Positions 17,571-27,798 of a DNA stretch of 64,000 nt are shown here, piece after piece; position 1 is the stretch's first letter, and each line of letters starts with the position of its first letter. The notes under the pieces are model-generated. The model saw only the letters and a list, made by a program, of their open reading frames with translations. It had not been told where the DNA came from and searched no databases. The DNA comes from an uncultured Clostridia bacterium (GTDB taxonomy: Bacteria > Bacillota > Clostridia > TANB77 > CAG-508), in the NCBI GenBank assembly GCA_947628735.1, contig CANRAY010000002.1:35482-99481 (forward strand), given 5' to 3'. The position numbers and the translations under genes are program-made.

Positions 17571-18206
17571 TTATTTATTTTCTGCATTCTTTATAATATA
17601 GCATTTTCCTAGTATTTTATAATCTACATTTTTTGTTTTTTCTTGTATATTTATTATTTTTTGTTTTTCTTTTTCTCCCATTTTCAAAACACATTTTATA
17701 TTTTTTTCATATATAATATTTTTTATTTCTATATCATTTTTTTCACAATCGTATTTTAGTTTTTCTAAATCTTTATAATCAATTGTAATTTCTATTTCTT
17801 CTCCTTGCTCTTTCATAACTATTTGTGTATTTTCTAATGCTTTTAATGTTGCATCTGAGTATGCTCTAACTAATCCTCCTGTTCCTAATAAAGTTCCCCC
17901 AAAATATCGCGTAACAATTACAAGAACATTTAATAATTCATTTTTTTTCAAAATATTCATAATAGGAGCTCCAGCTGTTCCACTTGGTTCTCCATCATCA
18001 CTAGATTTTTCTTTTATGCCATCATCTTCTTTTAATCTATAAGCATAACAGTGATGTTTTGCATCAAAATATTTTTTTCTAGTTTCTTTTATGAAATTTT
18101 CTACTTCATCTATATTTTCTATGTAAAATATATTTGCTATAAATTTTGATTTTTTTTCTTCAATTTGACCATTTGCATTTTGTGATATAGTTTTAAATTT
18201 CTCCAT
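17571..18206 (-). CDS. yigZ: YigZ/IMPACT family protein
   Basis: SKFIANIF...KHHCYAYRL...DDGEPSGTAGAPIMNIL matches the UPF0029/IMPACT N-terminal signature. Confidence 0.8.
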   Translation of the reverse strand: MEKFKTISQNANGQIEEKKSKFIANIFYIENIDEVENFIKETRKKYFDAKHHCYAYRLKEDDGIKEKSSDDGEPSGTAGAPIMNILKKNELLNVLVIVTRYFGGTLLGTGGLVRAYSDATLKALENTQIVMKEQGEEIEITIDYKDLEKLKYDCEKNDIEIKNIIYEKNIKCVLKMGEKEKQKIINIQEKTKNVDYKILGKCYIIKNAENK

Positions 18207-18254
18207 TTAGGTATTTGTTAATTTTATATAAAACTAACTATCTCCTTTCTATTA

Positions 18255-19520
18255 TTAATTTTCTAGTCCTGCTGTATATCCTGTTGAATATGCTATTTGC
18301 AAATTAAAGCCTCCTGTATATGCATCTACATCTATCACTTCACCTGCAAAAAATAGTCCTTTTACTATTTTAGATTCCATAGTTTTTGGATTGATTTCTT
18401 TAATTTCTACTCCTCCTGCTGTAATAATTGCTTCTTCTATTTTTCCAAAGTCTTGTAGTTCTATTTTGAAGTTCTTTAATAATTTTATTAATCTTTCTCT
18501 TTCTTTTTTAGTAATTTCATTTACTTTTTTATTTGGATTAATTTCTGATAGTTCAATAATAACATCTATCATTTTCTTTGGTAATAGTTGATCTAAACTA
18601 TTTTTAAATGCCTTATTTTTTTCTGTACTAAAATCTCTTAAAATTCTATCATCTAATTTTTCTTCTGATAATGCTGGTTTTAAATCAATGTTTAATATTA
18701 TTTGATGTTCTGCTAACTTTTTTTCTATATCTTTATATCTTAATAGATGCGCAGATCCACTTAAAATTGTTGGTCCAGATACTCCAAAATGTGTAAATAA
18801 CATCTCACCAAAATCTTTGTAAATTTCTTTATTAAGTTGAATATCTTTTATTGTAATTGCAACATTTTTTAAACTTAGTCCCTGCATTTTTTTGCATATT
18901 ATTTTGTCTTTTGAACTTGCAACAAGTGGTACTAATGATGGCTTAATTTGAGTTATAGTATGTCCTACCTCTTTTGCTAGTTTATATCCATCTCCTGTTG
19001 AACCAGTTCCTGGATAACTTTTTCCTCCTGTAGCAATAATAATTTTATCTGCTTTTATTTCTTTTTCTTCTCCATTTTCGTTGCAAATAATCCCTGTTAC
19101 TTTTCCTTCTTTTATCAATATTTTTTCTGCTTTTGTATTTGTTTTTATCTTTACATTTAATTTTTTTAGTTTTCGTAATAGAGCTTCTTGTACATCTTTT
19201 GCTTTATCAGATACAGGAAAAATTCTATTTCCTCTTTCTACTTTTGTTTCAATTCCTTCTTCTTTTAATATTTCTAATATTTGCTCATTATTAAAATTAT
19301 GGAAAGCACTATATAAAAACATGCCATTTCCTGGTATGTTTTTTATAAAATCTTCTATTGGTAAACTACTAGTGATATTACATCTACCTTTTCCAGTAAT
19401 TAATAATTTTTGAGCTGGTTTTTCCATTTTTTCTAAGATTGTAATATCATTATTATACTGTGCAGATGCTATCGCTGCTAACATTCCTGCTGGTCCACAA
19501 CCTATAATAATAACTTTCAT
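18255..19520 (-). CDS. FAD-dependent oxidoreductase, HI0933/YhiN/BaiN family
   Basis: GCGPAGMLAA dinucleotide fold, TGKGRCNITS motif, and the C-terminal ITAGGVEIKEINPKTMESK...FAGEVIDVDAYTGGFNLQ. Confidence 0.8.
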   Translation of the reverse strand: MKVIIIGCGPAGMLAAIASAQYNNDITILEKMEKPAQKLLITGKGRCNITSSLPIEDFIKNIPGNGMFLYSAFHNFNNEQILEILKEEGIETKVERGNRIFPVSDKAKDVQEALLRKLKKLNVKIKTNTKAEKILIKEGKVTGIICNENGEEKEIKADKIIIATGGKSYPGTGSTGDGYKLAKEVGHTITQIKPSLVPLVASSKDKIICKKMQGLSLKNVAITIKDIQLNKEIYKDFGEMLFTHFGVSGPTILSGSAHLLRYKDIEKKLAEHQIILNIDLKPALSEEKLDDRILRDFSTEKNKAFKNSLDQLLPKKMIDVIIELSEINPNKKVNEITKKERERLIKLLKNFKIELQDFGKIEEAIITAGGVEIKEINPKTMESKIVKGLFFAGEVIDVDAYTGGFNLQIAYSTGYTAGLEN

Positions 19521-19542
19521 TGTTTTTCCTCATTTAATTTTA

Positions 19543-20820
19543 TTATTTCTTTTCAATAATATTTTCTATTGCTTTCATTACTCCCAATTTTCCATATTCA
19601 TATGTTAAGCCTCCTTGCATAAATGCTGTATATGGTGGTCTTATTGGGCCATCACATGAAAGTTCAATTGATGATCCTTGTGTAAATGCACCTGCTGCCA
19701 TAATAACTTGATCTGTGTATCCTGGCATATCCCATGGTTCTGGTATTGAATTTGAGTCAACTGGTGAACCCATTTGTATTCCTTGACAATATTGAATCAA
19801 TTTTTCCTTATTATTAAAATTAATTGTTTGAACAATATCTGCTCTTTTTTCGTTATATTTTGGTTCAACATCAAATCCTAGTTTTTCAAGACATCTACTT
19901 GCAAAAACTGCTGTTTTCAAACTACTTGATACTACGTTTGGTGCCATAAATAGTCCTTGTAAAAATGATTTTGTAATTCCTAAACTTGGACCTACTTCTT
20001 TTCCTTCTCCTGGTGCTGTTAGTCTTTCTGCTACTAGATTAATTAATTTACTTTTTCCAGCTACATAGGCTCCATTAGGTGCAATGCCTCCACCTAAATT
20101 TTTAATTAATGATCCTACTATAATATCTGCTCCTACTTCTAAAGGTTCCTTAGTTCCTACAAATTCACAATAACAGTTGTCTATCATTATAATAACATCT
20201 TTATCAATTTGTCTTATTTTTTCTATTACTTGTTCTATTTGTTCTATTCCAATACTTTTTCTTGTGCTATATCCTTTTGAACGTTGTATTTCAATTACTT
20301 TGATTTTTTTATTTTTTAATGTTTCTTGAATAGTTTCATAATCAAAATCATTATCTTTCAAATCAATTTGCTCAAATTCTATTCCAAATGACTTTAATGA
20401 GCTTGGATTGTTTACAATTCCAATAACTTCATCTAATGTATCATATGGCTTTCCTGTAATACTTAATAAAATGTCTCCTGGTCTTAATAAACCAAATAGT
20501 GTAACAGTAAGTGCATGTGTCCCTGATATAAATTGTCCTCTTACTAAACAATCTTCTGCTTTTAAAACTTGTGCGAATACTTTTTCTGTTGTATCCCTTC
20601 CAATATCTCCATATCCATATCCTGTAGTACTATTAAAATGCATATCTGATATGTTATTTTCTTGAAAAGCTTTTAATACTTTTATAGAGTTATATTGTGC
20701 TATTTGATTTATTTCTTCTATTATTGGCTCTATTTCTTTTTCTACTTCTTTCGTTAGTTCTATTGTTTTTTCTGAAAATCCATATTCCTTATATCCTGTT
20801 TGTAATATTTCGTCTTTCAT
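19543..20820 (-). CDS. YnbB-like PLP-dependent protein (the so-called aluminium-resistance / Cys-Met-metabolism lyase family)
   Basis: Preferred start is MKDEILQTGYKEYGF at 20820, with AAAGGAG upstream. The family-typical N-terminus and length were recognised from memory. Confidence 0.55.
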   Translation of the reverse strand: MKDEILQTGYKEYGFSEKTIELTKEVEKEIEPIIEEINQIAQYNSIKVLKAFQENNISDMHFNSTTGYGYGDIGRDTTEKVFAQVLKAEDCLVRGQFISGTHALTVTLFGLLRPGDILLSITGKPYDTLDEVIGIVNNPSSLKSFGIEFEQIDLKDNDFDYETIQETLKNKKIKVIEIQRSKGYSTRKSIGIEQIEQVIEKIRQIDKDVIIMIDNCYCEFVGTKEPLEVGADIIVGSLIKNLGGGIAPNGAYVAGKSKLINLVAERLTAPGEGKEVGPSLGITKSFLQGLFMAPNVVSSSLKTAVFASRCLEKLGFDVEPKYNEKRADIVQTINFNNKEKLIQYCQGIQMGSPVDSNSIPEPWDMPGYTDQVIMAAGAFTQGSSIELSCDGPIRPPYTAFMQGGLTYEYGKLGVMKAIENIIEKK

Positions 20821-20839
20821 TTTTATGACTCCTTTTGTA

Positions 20840-22606
20840 TTATTCTTTATCTTTTTCATTTTGCTCTTCTATTTTGTCAGTATAATATAGTTCTCCATAC
20901 CATTCTACTTCTTTATAATATTTCCCAATAAAAGTTGGGTTTGGCCAAGTGATTTCATAAATTGGTTCTTGTATTACTGTTCCATTTGTATCTATGCTTC
21001 CCCACTTTTCATCCACTTTAATACCTGCATATCCATATTCATTAAATTCTGTTACCATATCATATTGATTTTGTATTTTTAAATTTCCATTTTCATCAAC
21101 AAATCCCCACTTTCCATTTATCTGTTTAGCATATAATTTGTTATTTGGGTATATTGTTTTATAACTAATCTCTTTTCCATTAAAATCGAAGTATTTATTT
21201 TCTTCTTGATTATACAAATGTACGTAATTATCTTCTATTTGTATTCCTGCATTCTCCATGCTTGCAATTATTTTCATATCTGAATTAATTAAAGTAATTA
21301 TTCCTTTATCTGAAATGTTTGCTTGTATTATATTTGTTCCTTCTATTTTAAAAATACTTGTATATTGTAATTCTATCTTTGATTTTCCCGTTAAATCTAT
21401 AATTCCGTTTTTATTGTTAGTACCTACGATATAGTAGTTATTGTATAATTCTTCAATATATGAATAATTTTTATCAATAATTGAATTGCCTTGTGCATCT
21501 ACTATTTTATAAAATTCATTTTTGTCTGCTATAATGTAATGTTGTTTGTCTTCTGTTGGAATTTTAGCTAATACGTCTTCTTCTACTACTGGATTGCCAT
21601 TAATATCTAATACATCATATTCCTCGCCTTTTTGAGCATTTACATAAATTCCTCCAAAAAGAATATTATCATATTCTGGATTTATTTTGATATTTCCATT
21701 TCTATCTGCTATTCCTTGTTTTTTATTTCTTTGTATAACAAATACATCATTATATGAATTATAAATAATATCTTCATATTCATAATTTAATATAATATCT
21801 TTATTTTTTAATAAACCTGCTTGTCCATTTTTTAATGCAACTATATATACATTTTTATCATTTTGTATATCTGTTACTCTTTCTATTTCTGTATACTCTG
21901 TATCTAATATTACATGTCCTTTGTAATTAATATATCCATATCTATAGCCATCTTCTTTTTTCTGACTTACAATAAATCCTGTTGTTTCATATTTTGTCTG
22001 ATCACCATAATAGTTATCTGGTAAAATGCTATTATATTCTATATCTATTACAAATACTCCATTTAAGTTTATGACTCCTAATTTTCCATCTTTCTTTACT
22101 ATCATCATTCCTTCTTTATATGCCATTGAGTCTATTTGATCATATTCTGGTTCTGTAATTTTTGTTCCATTTATATTAAGAAGTCCATATTTTCCATCTT
22201 TTTTATACTGTAATACTGTTTTTTCAAATGGTATCCCATCCTCTGTTGATTCATTTGGAATTGCTTGTATATGTGAATATTCTGTATAAAGTTCTTCTCC
22301 TTTGTCATTTAATACTTTGGTTTCATATTCTTTATTTTCTACATTATAGTTAGACATACAAATAAAAATAGGTTTTGATGGATTTGGAATTTGAATAATA
22401 TCATAAATAGGGTCTACTAATACATTTCCTTGTCTGTCAATTACACCATATCTATCATTTTTATTAATAATATTATAGTTAATTTCTGTTACTTTCTCTA
22501 TGTCATATACGTATTTTGCTCTATCAATAAAATATAGAGTTAATAGTGTTCCTATTACTCCTAATATTACTGCTATTACTACAATTATTAATACTTTCTT
22601 TTTCAT
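20840..22606 (-). CDS. WG/KWG-repeat protein with an N-terminal membrane anchor
   Basis: Many repeats of the type GKYGLLNINGTKITEPEYD, KWGFVDENGNLKIQNQYD, GKLGVINLNG. Confidence 0.75.
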   Translation of the reverse strand: MKKKVLIIVVIAVILGVIGTLLTLYFIDRAKYVYDIEKVTEINYNIINKNDRYGVIDRQGNVLVDPIYDIIQIPNPSKPIFICMSNYNVENKEYETKVLNDKGEELYTEYSHIQAIPNESTEDGIPFEKTVLQYKKDGKYGLLNINGTKITEPEYDQIDSMAYKEGMMIVKKDGKLGVINLNGVFVIDIEYNSILPDNYYGDQTKYETTGFIVSQKKEDGYRYGYINYKGHVILDTEYTEIERVTDIQNDKNVYIVALKNGQAGLLKNKDIILNYEYEDIIYNSYNDVFVIQRNKKQGIADRNGNIKINPEYDNILFGGIYVNAQKGEEYDVLDINGNPVVEEDVLAKIPTEDKQHYIIADKNEFYKIVDAQGNSIIDKNYSYIEELYNNYYIVGTNNKNGIIDLTGKSKIELQYTSIFKIEGTNIIQANISDKGIITLINSDMKIIASMENAGIQIEDNYVHLYNQEENKYFDFNGKEISYKTIYPNNKLYAKQINGKWGFVDENGNLKIQNQYDMVTEFNEYGYAGIKVDEKWGSIDTNGTVIQEPIYEITWPNPTFIGKYYKEVEWYGELYYTDKIEEQNEKDKE

Positions 22607-22623
22607 ATTTATATGTCCTCTTT

Positions 22624-22660
22624 CAAAAAAAATATTATAAGATTTTCATCTTATAATATT
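22624..22660 (-). terminator. Rho-independent terminator after the CNNM/hemolysin-family gene
   Basis: Stem aatattataagat (22631-22643) / atcttataatatt (22648-22660), with a T-run on the minus strand. Confidence 0.6.
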
Positions 22661-22692
22661 TTATCTTTATTTATGCAAATTATCAAGCATAT

Positions 22693-23982
22693 CTACATAT
22701 TTTTGCAAACTTTCACATATTTTATTCTTTTATCTTCATATTCCTCTATTTTATAAGTTAATTTTTCATCTTCTATAATAGGATGTTCATCTTCATCTGG
22801 AATTCTTCCTAATTTTTCTAGTAAATATCCAGATAATGTTTCATAATCTCCTTCTGGAAGTTCTACATCAAATAATTTTTTTACATCATAAATTGTTGCA
22901 CTTCCATTAATAATATATGTGTTATCATCTATCATTTGATATTCTACTTCTTCTTCATCATATTCATCAAAAATATTTCCTACAAGTTCTTCTAAAATGT
23001 CTTCCATTGTTATTAATCCTGCTGTTCCACCATGTTCATCAACTACAATTGCCATTAATTGCTTATTTTTTTGCATTTCTCTAAATAATTCATCTATTTC
23101 TTTTGATTCAGGTACAAAGTACGCATCTCTCATAATGTTTTTTATTTTAATTTTTTTATTGCTTTTTAGTGCTTTAAAAATATCCTTTAGATAAATAATT
23201 CCTTTTATATTATCAATTGTTTCATCATATACAGGTATTCTGCTATATTTATATTCATCTATTTTATCCAATGCTTCATCTATTTCTTCGTTCATTTCAA
23301 TAGCATATATTTCTGTTCTTGGTGTCATAACTTCAGATACTACAATATCATTAAATTCAAATACATTGTTTAATAGTCTTTTTTCTTCTTGCTCTATAGC
23401 TCCTTTTTCTTCTCCTTCATCTATCATCATTTTAATTTCTTCTTCTGTGATAGATTCTTCATCTCCTTCTGATACTCCAAATATTTTTGAGATCATATTT
23501 GTTGTAGCTGTCAATAATTTTACAAAAGGTGATGTTATAATTGAAATTCCTTGAATAACTCCTATTGTTCCATAAGCAATTTTTTCATAGTATTTCATTG
23601 CCAATCTTTTTGGAACAAGCTCTCCTAATACTAATGTAAAGAATGATAAGATGATTGTGATAATAACAATTGCAATTCCTCTCCATATATCTTGGCTAAT
23701 AATAGGAAACCAGCTATTTAATATTGGTGCTAAATCATCTGCAAAAGCATCTGATGCAAAAGCACTTGATAGAAAACCTGCTAATGTAATTCCAATTTGG
23801 ATCGTTGCCAAAAATTTACTTGGATTTTTTAACATTTTCTCAATTCTCTTTGCTTTTTTGTTTCCTTCTTTTGCTTGTTTACTTACTTTTGTATCATTTA
23901 ATGAGATGAATGCAATCTCTGATGCTGCAAAATATGCATTTATTAAAATTAAAATTGCTAATATAAGTATTTGATAAATCAT
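22693..23982 (-). CDS. CNNM/TlyC-family transporter-like protein (DUF21 + CBS pair + CorC_HlyC)
   Basis: N-terminal 4-TM DUF21 region (ASEIAFISL), a CBS-pair region (VMTPRTEIYAI...YSRIPVY), and a C-terminal CorC/HlyC-type domain. Confidence 0.8.
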   Translation of the reverse strand: MIYQILILAILILINAYFAASEIAFISLNDTKVSKQAKEGNKKAKRIEKMLKNPSKFLATIQIGITLAGFLSSAFASDAFADDLAPILNSWFPIISQDIWRGIAIVIITIILSFFTLVLGELVPKRLAMKYYEKIAYGTIGVIQGISIITSPFVKLLTATTNMISKIFGVSEGDEESITEEEIKMMIDEGEEKGAIEQEEKRLLNNVFEFNDIVVSEVMTPRTEIYAIEMNEEIDEALDKIDEYKYSRIPVYDETIDNIKGIIYLKDIFKALKSNKKIKIKNIMRDAYFVPESKEIDELFREMQKNKQLMAIVVDEHGGTAGLITMEDILEELVGNIFDEYDEEEVEYQMIDDNTYIINGSATIYDVKKLFDVELPEGDYETLSGYLLEKLGRIPDEDEHPIIEDEKLTYKIEEYEDKRIKYVKVCKNM

Positions 23983-24118
23983 TTCACTTTCCCTTCAATA
24001 ATAATTTCTTATATAAGAATATATTATCGTTTATTTAATTGTCAAGTATTATCGTTTGATATTTTCTCCCCTTTTTTCGCAATTATTATATATATTTTTT
24101 ATTATTGAAGGTTATGAT

Positions 24119-25390
24119 TTAGTATCCTGTTCTTGGTAATGTTTTTCCTGTTACTGTAATTTCCTTTTCACCTTTTTCTGGTGGTACATCTTTTTCTTCT
24201 TCTTTTTGATTTTCTACATTTACTGTATAAGTTTCATTTAATCCTACCTCTATTTCTATTAGTCCATCATATTCTGTATAATCTTCTGGTGCTTGTACTT
24301 CTTCTATATAATATCTTCCTGGAATAATATTTTCTAATATAGCTGTTCCAGTTTCATCTGTAGTAACATTAGCATATACTACTTCCTTTTTTTCGTTTAA
24401 TACATTAAACTTTGCTCCTTGTTTTGTTTCTCCTGTTTGTGCATCTTTTTTTACAATTTTAATTTTTGTATCATTTTTATAAAATTTTTCTGTTTTACTT
24501 GTTGGTATATATATTATACTTTTTCCTGTTAATGCATAATCTTGCCACTCTTCTGAAGGCGATTCTCCATATAAAATTGGATATGATTCTAAATCAGCAG
24601 TCATTTTTATTTTAAAGCTTCCATCTTTATCTAATTTTGATATTGGAATTGCTATTTTAAAATTTTCTATTTTTATAAATGAATCTCTCTTTTGTCCTGA
24701 ATCATCTAGTATTAATACATCCTTTGCATCTTCACCACTAACTTCTATTTTATATTTTTGACATACGTTAGTTGTTTGAAGTGCATATGTTTTACTTACA
24801 TAATTTGGGTTATTTATATCAACTTCCCAATCGTCTGATATTGTTTTTATATCTACTCTAAAAGTTTGTTGTACTTGCTTACTACTACGAGCTTTTTCTG
24901 ATATTTTCTTTGCCGCTTGTATAATTCTTTCACCAGAATCCGTTATTTTTTCAAAATCATCCCAATCATATGTATATAATGCATCATATACTGCCATTTT
25001 TGTTGCTGCATATGCTTCTGCTGCTGTTTCACATTTTAATTGACTAACGCTTTGATAAGGATAGCCGTTCATAATTGCTCTCCATACTGCTACGTTTTCT
25101 AATTCTTTTGTAACTTGAACTGTATATTCTCTTTCACTTGTTATTCCTGGTAAATTTCTATTTAAACAATATGCTGGATATTCTCTTCCATCTTTATTAT
25201 ATACAGTATATTCTACAAATACTGGCACTCCTTGATAACTAAATTGATTTTCTATTTCACCTTTTAAATATAATTCTGCCTTGTCAATATCAAAACTAGC
25301 TTTTGTATAATTTGGATATATTCCAATGAATGTTATTAATACAACAAGTATTGTTATTATATTTATTATCTTTTTTGTATTTATTTTCAT
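24119..25390 (-). CDS. Sortase-substrate surface protein with a thioester (TQXA/TED)-like N-domain and a SpaA/CnaB-type domain, ending at LPRTGY
   Basis: Signal peptide. YPAYCLNRNLPG (Cys motif), ...MNGYPYQS..., ATKMAVY at the TQxA[IV]W position, a CnaB-like KIVKKDAQTGE...GRYYIEEVQAPEDY, and a C-terminal KTLPRTGY followed by the stop. Confidence 0.6.
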   Translation of the reverse strand: MKINTKKIINIITILVVLITFIGIYPNYTKASFDIDKAELYLKGEIENQFSYQGVPVFVEYTVYNKDGREYPAYCLNRNLPGITSEREYTVQVTKELENVAVWRAIMNGYPYQSVSQLKCETAAEAYAATKMAVYDALYTYDWDDFEKITDSGERIIQAAKKISEKARSSKQVQQTFRVDIKTISDDWEVDINNPNYVSKTYALQTTNVCQKYKIEVSGEDAKDVLILDDSGQKRDSFIKIENFKIAIPISKLDKDGSFKIKMTADLESYPILYGESPSEEWQDYALTGKSIIYIPTSKTEKFYKNDTKIKIVKKDAQTGETKQGAKFNVLNEKKEVVYANVTTDETGTAILENIIPGRYYIEEVQAPEDYTEYDGLIEIEVGLNETYTVNVENQKEEEKDVPPEKGEKEITVTGKTLPRTGY

Positions 25391-26091
25391 TTTTCTTCTC
25401 CTTCTTTCATTTCAATTCCTTGAATACATCTTCTATATTCTCTTTTATTTTCCTCACAAGTAATTAGTGTAATTCTGTTATCTTCAGTGTTTTCTATATA
25501 GCTCCAATTGGTTTCTTTAATTACTTTATTTAATATAACCTTATATTTTCTTTCCCCTTTTGCTGTTTGATAAATAATGATATCTCCTTCTTTTAATTTT
25601 TTTATATTTTGAAAAAAATTACATTGATATCCTCTATTATGTCCAGCTAAGGCTACATTTCCATTCCATATATTACTTTCTTCAAAATGTCCTACTGATT
25701 CTGCCAATATATCTTGTGTTGTTCCTTCAGTAATTGGAGCATCTACGTCTATAATTGGTATTTTTATTCTCCATTCGTTTTTTTCTTCTTTTATTTTTTC
25801 TATTGATATCTCTTCTACTTCGTTATTTTCTTTTGTTTCATTTTTTTCAGATTCTTTTGTTACTACTTTTTCTTTTATATTAGCAACTTCTATTACTTGA
25901 CCTGATATTTTCTTTGATAAATTCTGCTCTTCTACAGAAGTAGTATTATTGATTTCACACCAATTATATTCTTTTTCTCTTTGAAAAAATAAAGTTGGAA
26001 AACAGAAAGATAATATCATGATACTAATTAATGTGAAAAAAGTTGCTAAAAGTAAAATGTCTTTTTTTGTATAGCCTAGCACATAAATCAC
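25387..26091 (-). CDS. Sortase family transpeptidase
   Basis: N-terminal TM, the LAGHN motif, the catalytic TLxTC motif (RITLITCEE), and a conserved Arg near the C-terminus. Its stop overlaps the start of the LPRTG protein gene by 4 nt. Confidence 0.8.
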   Translation of the reverse strand: MIYVLGYTKKDILLLATFFTLISIMILSFCFPTLFFQREKEYNWCEINNTTSVEEQNLSKKISGQVIEVANIKEKVVTKESEKNETKENNEVEEISIEKIKEEKNEWRIKIPIIDVDAPITEGTTQDILAESVGHFEESNIWNGNVALAGHNRGYQCNFFQNIKKLKEGDIIIYQTAKGERKYKVILNKVIKETNWSYIENTEDNRITLITCEENKREYRRCIQGIEMKEGEEK

Positions 26092-26196
26092 ACACCTGCC
26101 TTATTAAATTTTAACTGTTTTGGGATTTTATTAGATTAAAATTTTTGAAAATAAAATAATTTTGAAACTAAAAATTGCAATTTTTTAGATGTTTTT

Positions 26197-26225
26197 ATAT
26201 TACTACCATTTTAGTAGATTGTAAA
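26197..26225 (-). promoter_or_regulatory. Candidate sigma-A-type promoter of the sortase/adhesin operon (TTTACA-17-TAATAT)
   Basis: On the minus strand, -35 TTTACA (26220-26225), a 17-nt spacer, and -10 TAATAT (26197-26202). It lies immediately downstream of the tandem 0A boxes. Confidence 0.35.
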
Positions 26226-26234
26226 GAAAAATCG

Positions 26235-26251
26235 TTCGTCAAAATTCGACA
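26235..26251 (-). promoter_or_regulatory. Tandem Spo0A-box pair (TGTCGAA-ttt-TGACGAA)
   Basis: The minus strand reads TGTCGAATTTTGACGAA, giving two matches to the 0A-box consensus TGNCGAA spaced 10 bp centre to centre. The pair lies about 10 bp upstream of the candidate -35. Confidence 0.5.
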
Positions 26252-26285
26252 AAAAAATATGTAGGCTTATAACCTACATATTTTT
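26251..26285 (-). terminator. Rho-independent terminator after the histidine kinase gene
   Basis: Stem atatgtagg (26257-26265) / cctacatat (26273-26281), with an A-run/T-run on each side. Confidence 0.6.
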
Positions 26286-26286
26286 G

Positions 26287-27783
26287 TTATCCTTTTGGTA
26301 ATTCTATATAGAATTCTACACCATTTTTCTTATTTGTTACGCCATATTGATTGTCATAATTACTCATAATTGCTTTTACTAAAGCAAGTCCAATTCCGCT
26401 TCCACCATCTTCTCTATTTCTTGAGCTATCGATTTTATAAAATCTTACCCAAATTCTTTCTAACTGTTCTTCATCAATATTTTTTCCTGTATTAAATACT
26501 GCTATTTTTACTTTGTTATCATCAATCTCTTTTATTTTTATCTCTATTGTCTTTTCTTTATCTACTTCCTCGCAATGTTTTATAGCATTAGTAAAATAGT
26601 TTGTAATAACTTGATCAATATAGAAATCATCTGCATTTACATAAATTGGTTTAGTGTCATCAAATTTTATTTTTATATTATGCTCTTCTATCATAACATG
26701 ACATTTTCGTATAACTTCTTTAATTAGTTCTATAATATCAAATTTTTGATTATTAAATTCACGTTTTTCATACTCTAATTTCATTAATTCTAATAGTTGC
26801 TTTACTAATTTGTCCATTTTATTTGATTCATCTAGAATTACTTCTGCATAAAATTTTCTTGATTCTTCATCTGTATTTACATTTTCTATTAGTCCTTCTG
26901 CATATCCTTGTATTAGAGCAATTGGTGTTTTTAATTCGTGAGATACATCTGATATAAATTGTTTTCTCATCTCATCTATTTTGGATTTTTCTTCAATATC
27001 TTTTTCAAGTTGTATGTTATTTTTTCTTAATTGTTTAATTGTTTTTTCCAGTCTATCTGACATTTTATTAACATTTGATCCTAGTTCATTGATCTCATCT
27101 TCTGTGTCTGTAATACGATATTTCTTACTAAAATCTAATTTTGCCATATTTTTTGTAATATCATTTAATTGTAAAATTGGAGCTGTAAATTTTCTTGATA
27201 CAAAAGATGCAATAAATGCTGAAATTAAAATAGTAATTCCACCAATAAATATTAAAACATTATTTGATATTTTAACACTTTCTTCTATTGGCATTACTGG
27301 AATTCTAATATATAAACTGTATCCGTTTGATAGTACTCCACTTAATAATAAATAATTAAGATTATTATCTGTGTCATTTACTTTTCTAATTACTATGTCA
27401 TTGTCCTTATATATTATTTTGTTATTTTGATTTTCTACTTCTAGCATTTCATTAATTCTTCCTAATGTCTCGTAAAAGTCTTTATCTGTGCTAAAAATAA
27501 ATACATCATTTTCTGCTTTGATAAAAATATCAAAATTATTATTAAAAGCGATTCTTCGTAATTCTCTTTCTACTTTCGAAGCTTCAATTGCATCACTTTG
27601 ATAATATTTTTCTACTTGCTGATATACTTTTCTAACTGTTTCTGTTTTAGCATATAAGTAAAATGTTTCTAATACAACGCTATTTGCTACAATTAAGCAC
27701 AATACGATAATTGTAATAACAATACACATTGTTATGAATAATTTAAATCGTACTGATTTTAATTTTTCTTTTATTTTTGCCAT
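26287..27783 (-). CDS. Sensor histidine kinase (two TM segments, HAMP, HisKA, HATPase_c)
   Basis: H-box SHELKTPIALIQGYAEGL, N-box (ITNYFTNAIKH), and G-box (GGSGIGLALVKAI). Confidence 0.9.
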   Translation of the reverse strand: MAKIKEKLKSVRFKLFITMCIVITIIVLCLIVANSVVLETFYLYAKTETVRKVYQQVEKYYQSDAIEASKVERELRRIAFNNNFDIFIKAENDVFIFSTDKDFYETLGRINEMLEVENQNNKIIYKDNDIVIRKVNDTDNNLNYLLLSGVLSNGYSLYIRIPVMPIEESVKISNNVLIFIGGITILISAFIASFVSRKFTAPILQLNDITKNMAKLDFSKKYRITDTEDEINELGSNVNKMSDRLEKTIKQLRKNNIQLEKDIEEKSKIDEMRKQFISDVSHELKTPIALIQGYAEGLIENVNTDEESRKFYAEVILDESNKMDKLVKQLLELMKLEYEKREFNNQKFDIIELIKEVIRKCHVMIEEHNIKIKFDDTKPIYVNADDFYIDQVITNYFTNAIKHCEEVDKEKTIEIKIKEIDDNKVKIAVFNTGKNIDEEQLERIWVRFYKIDSSRNREDGGSGIGLALVKAIMSNYDNQYGVTNKKNGVEFYIELPKG

Positions 27784-27798
27784 TTTTACTCCTTTTTA

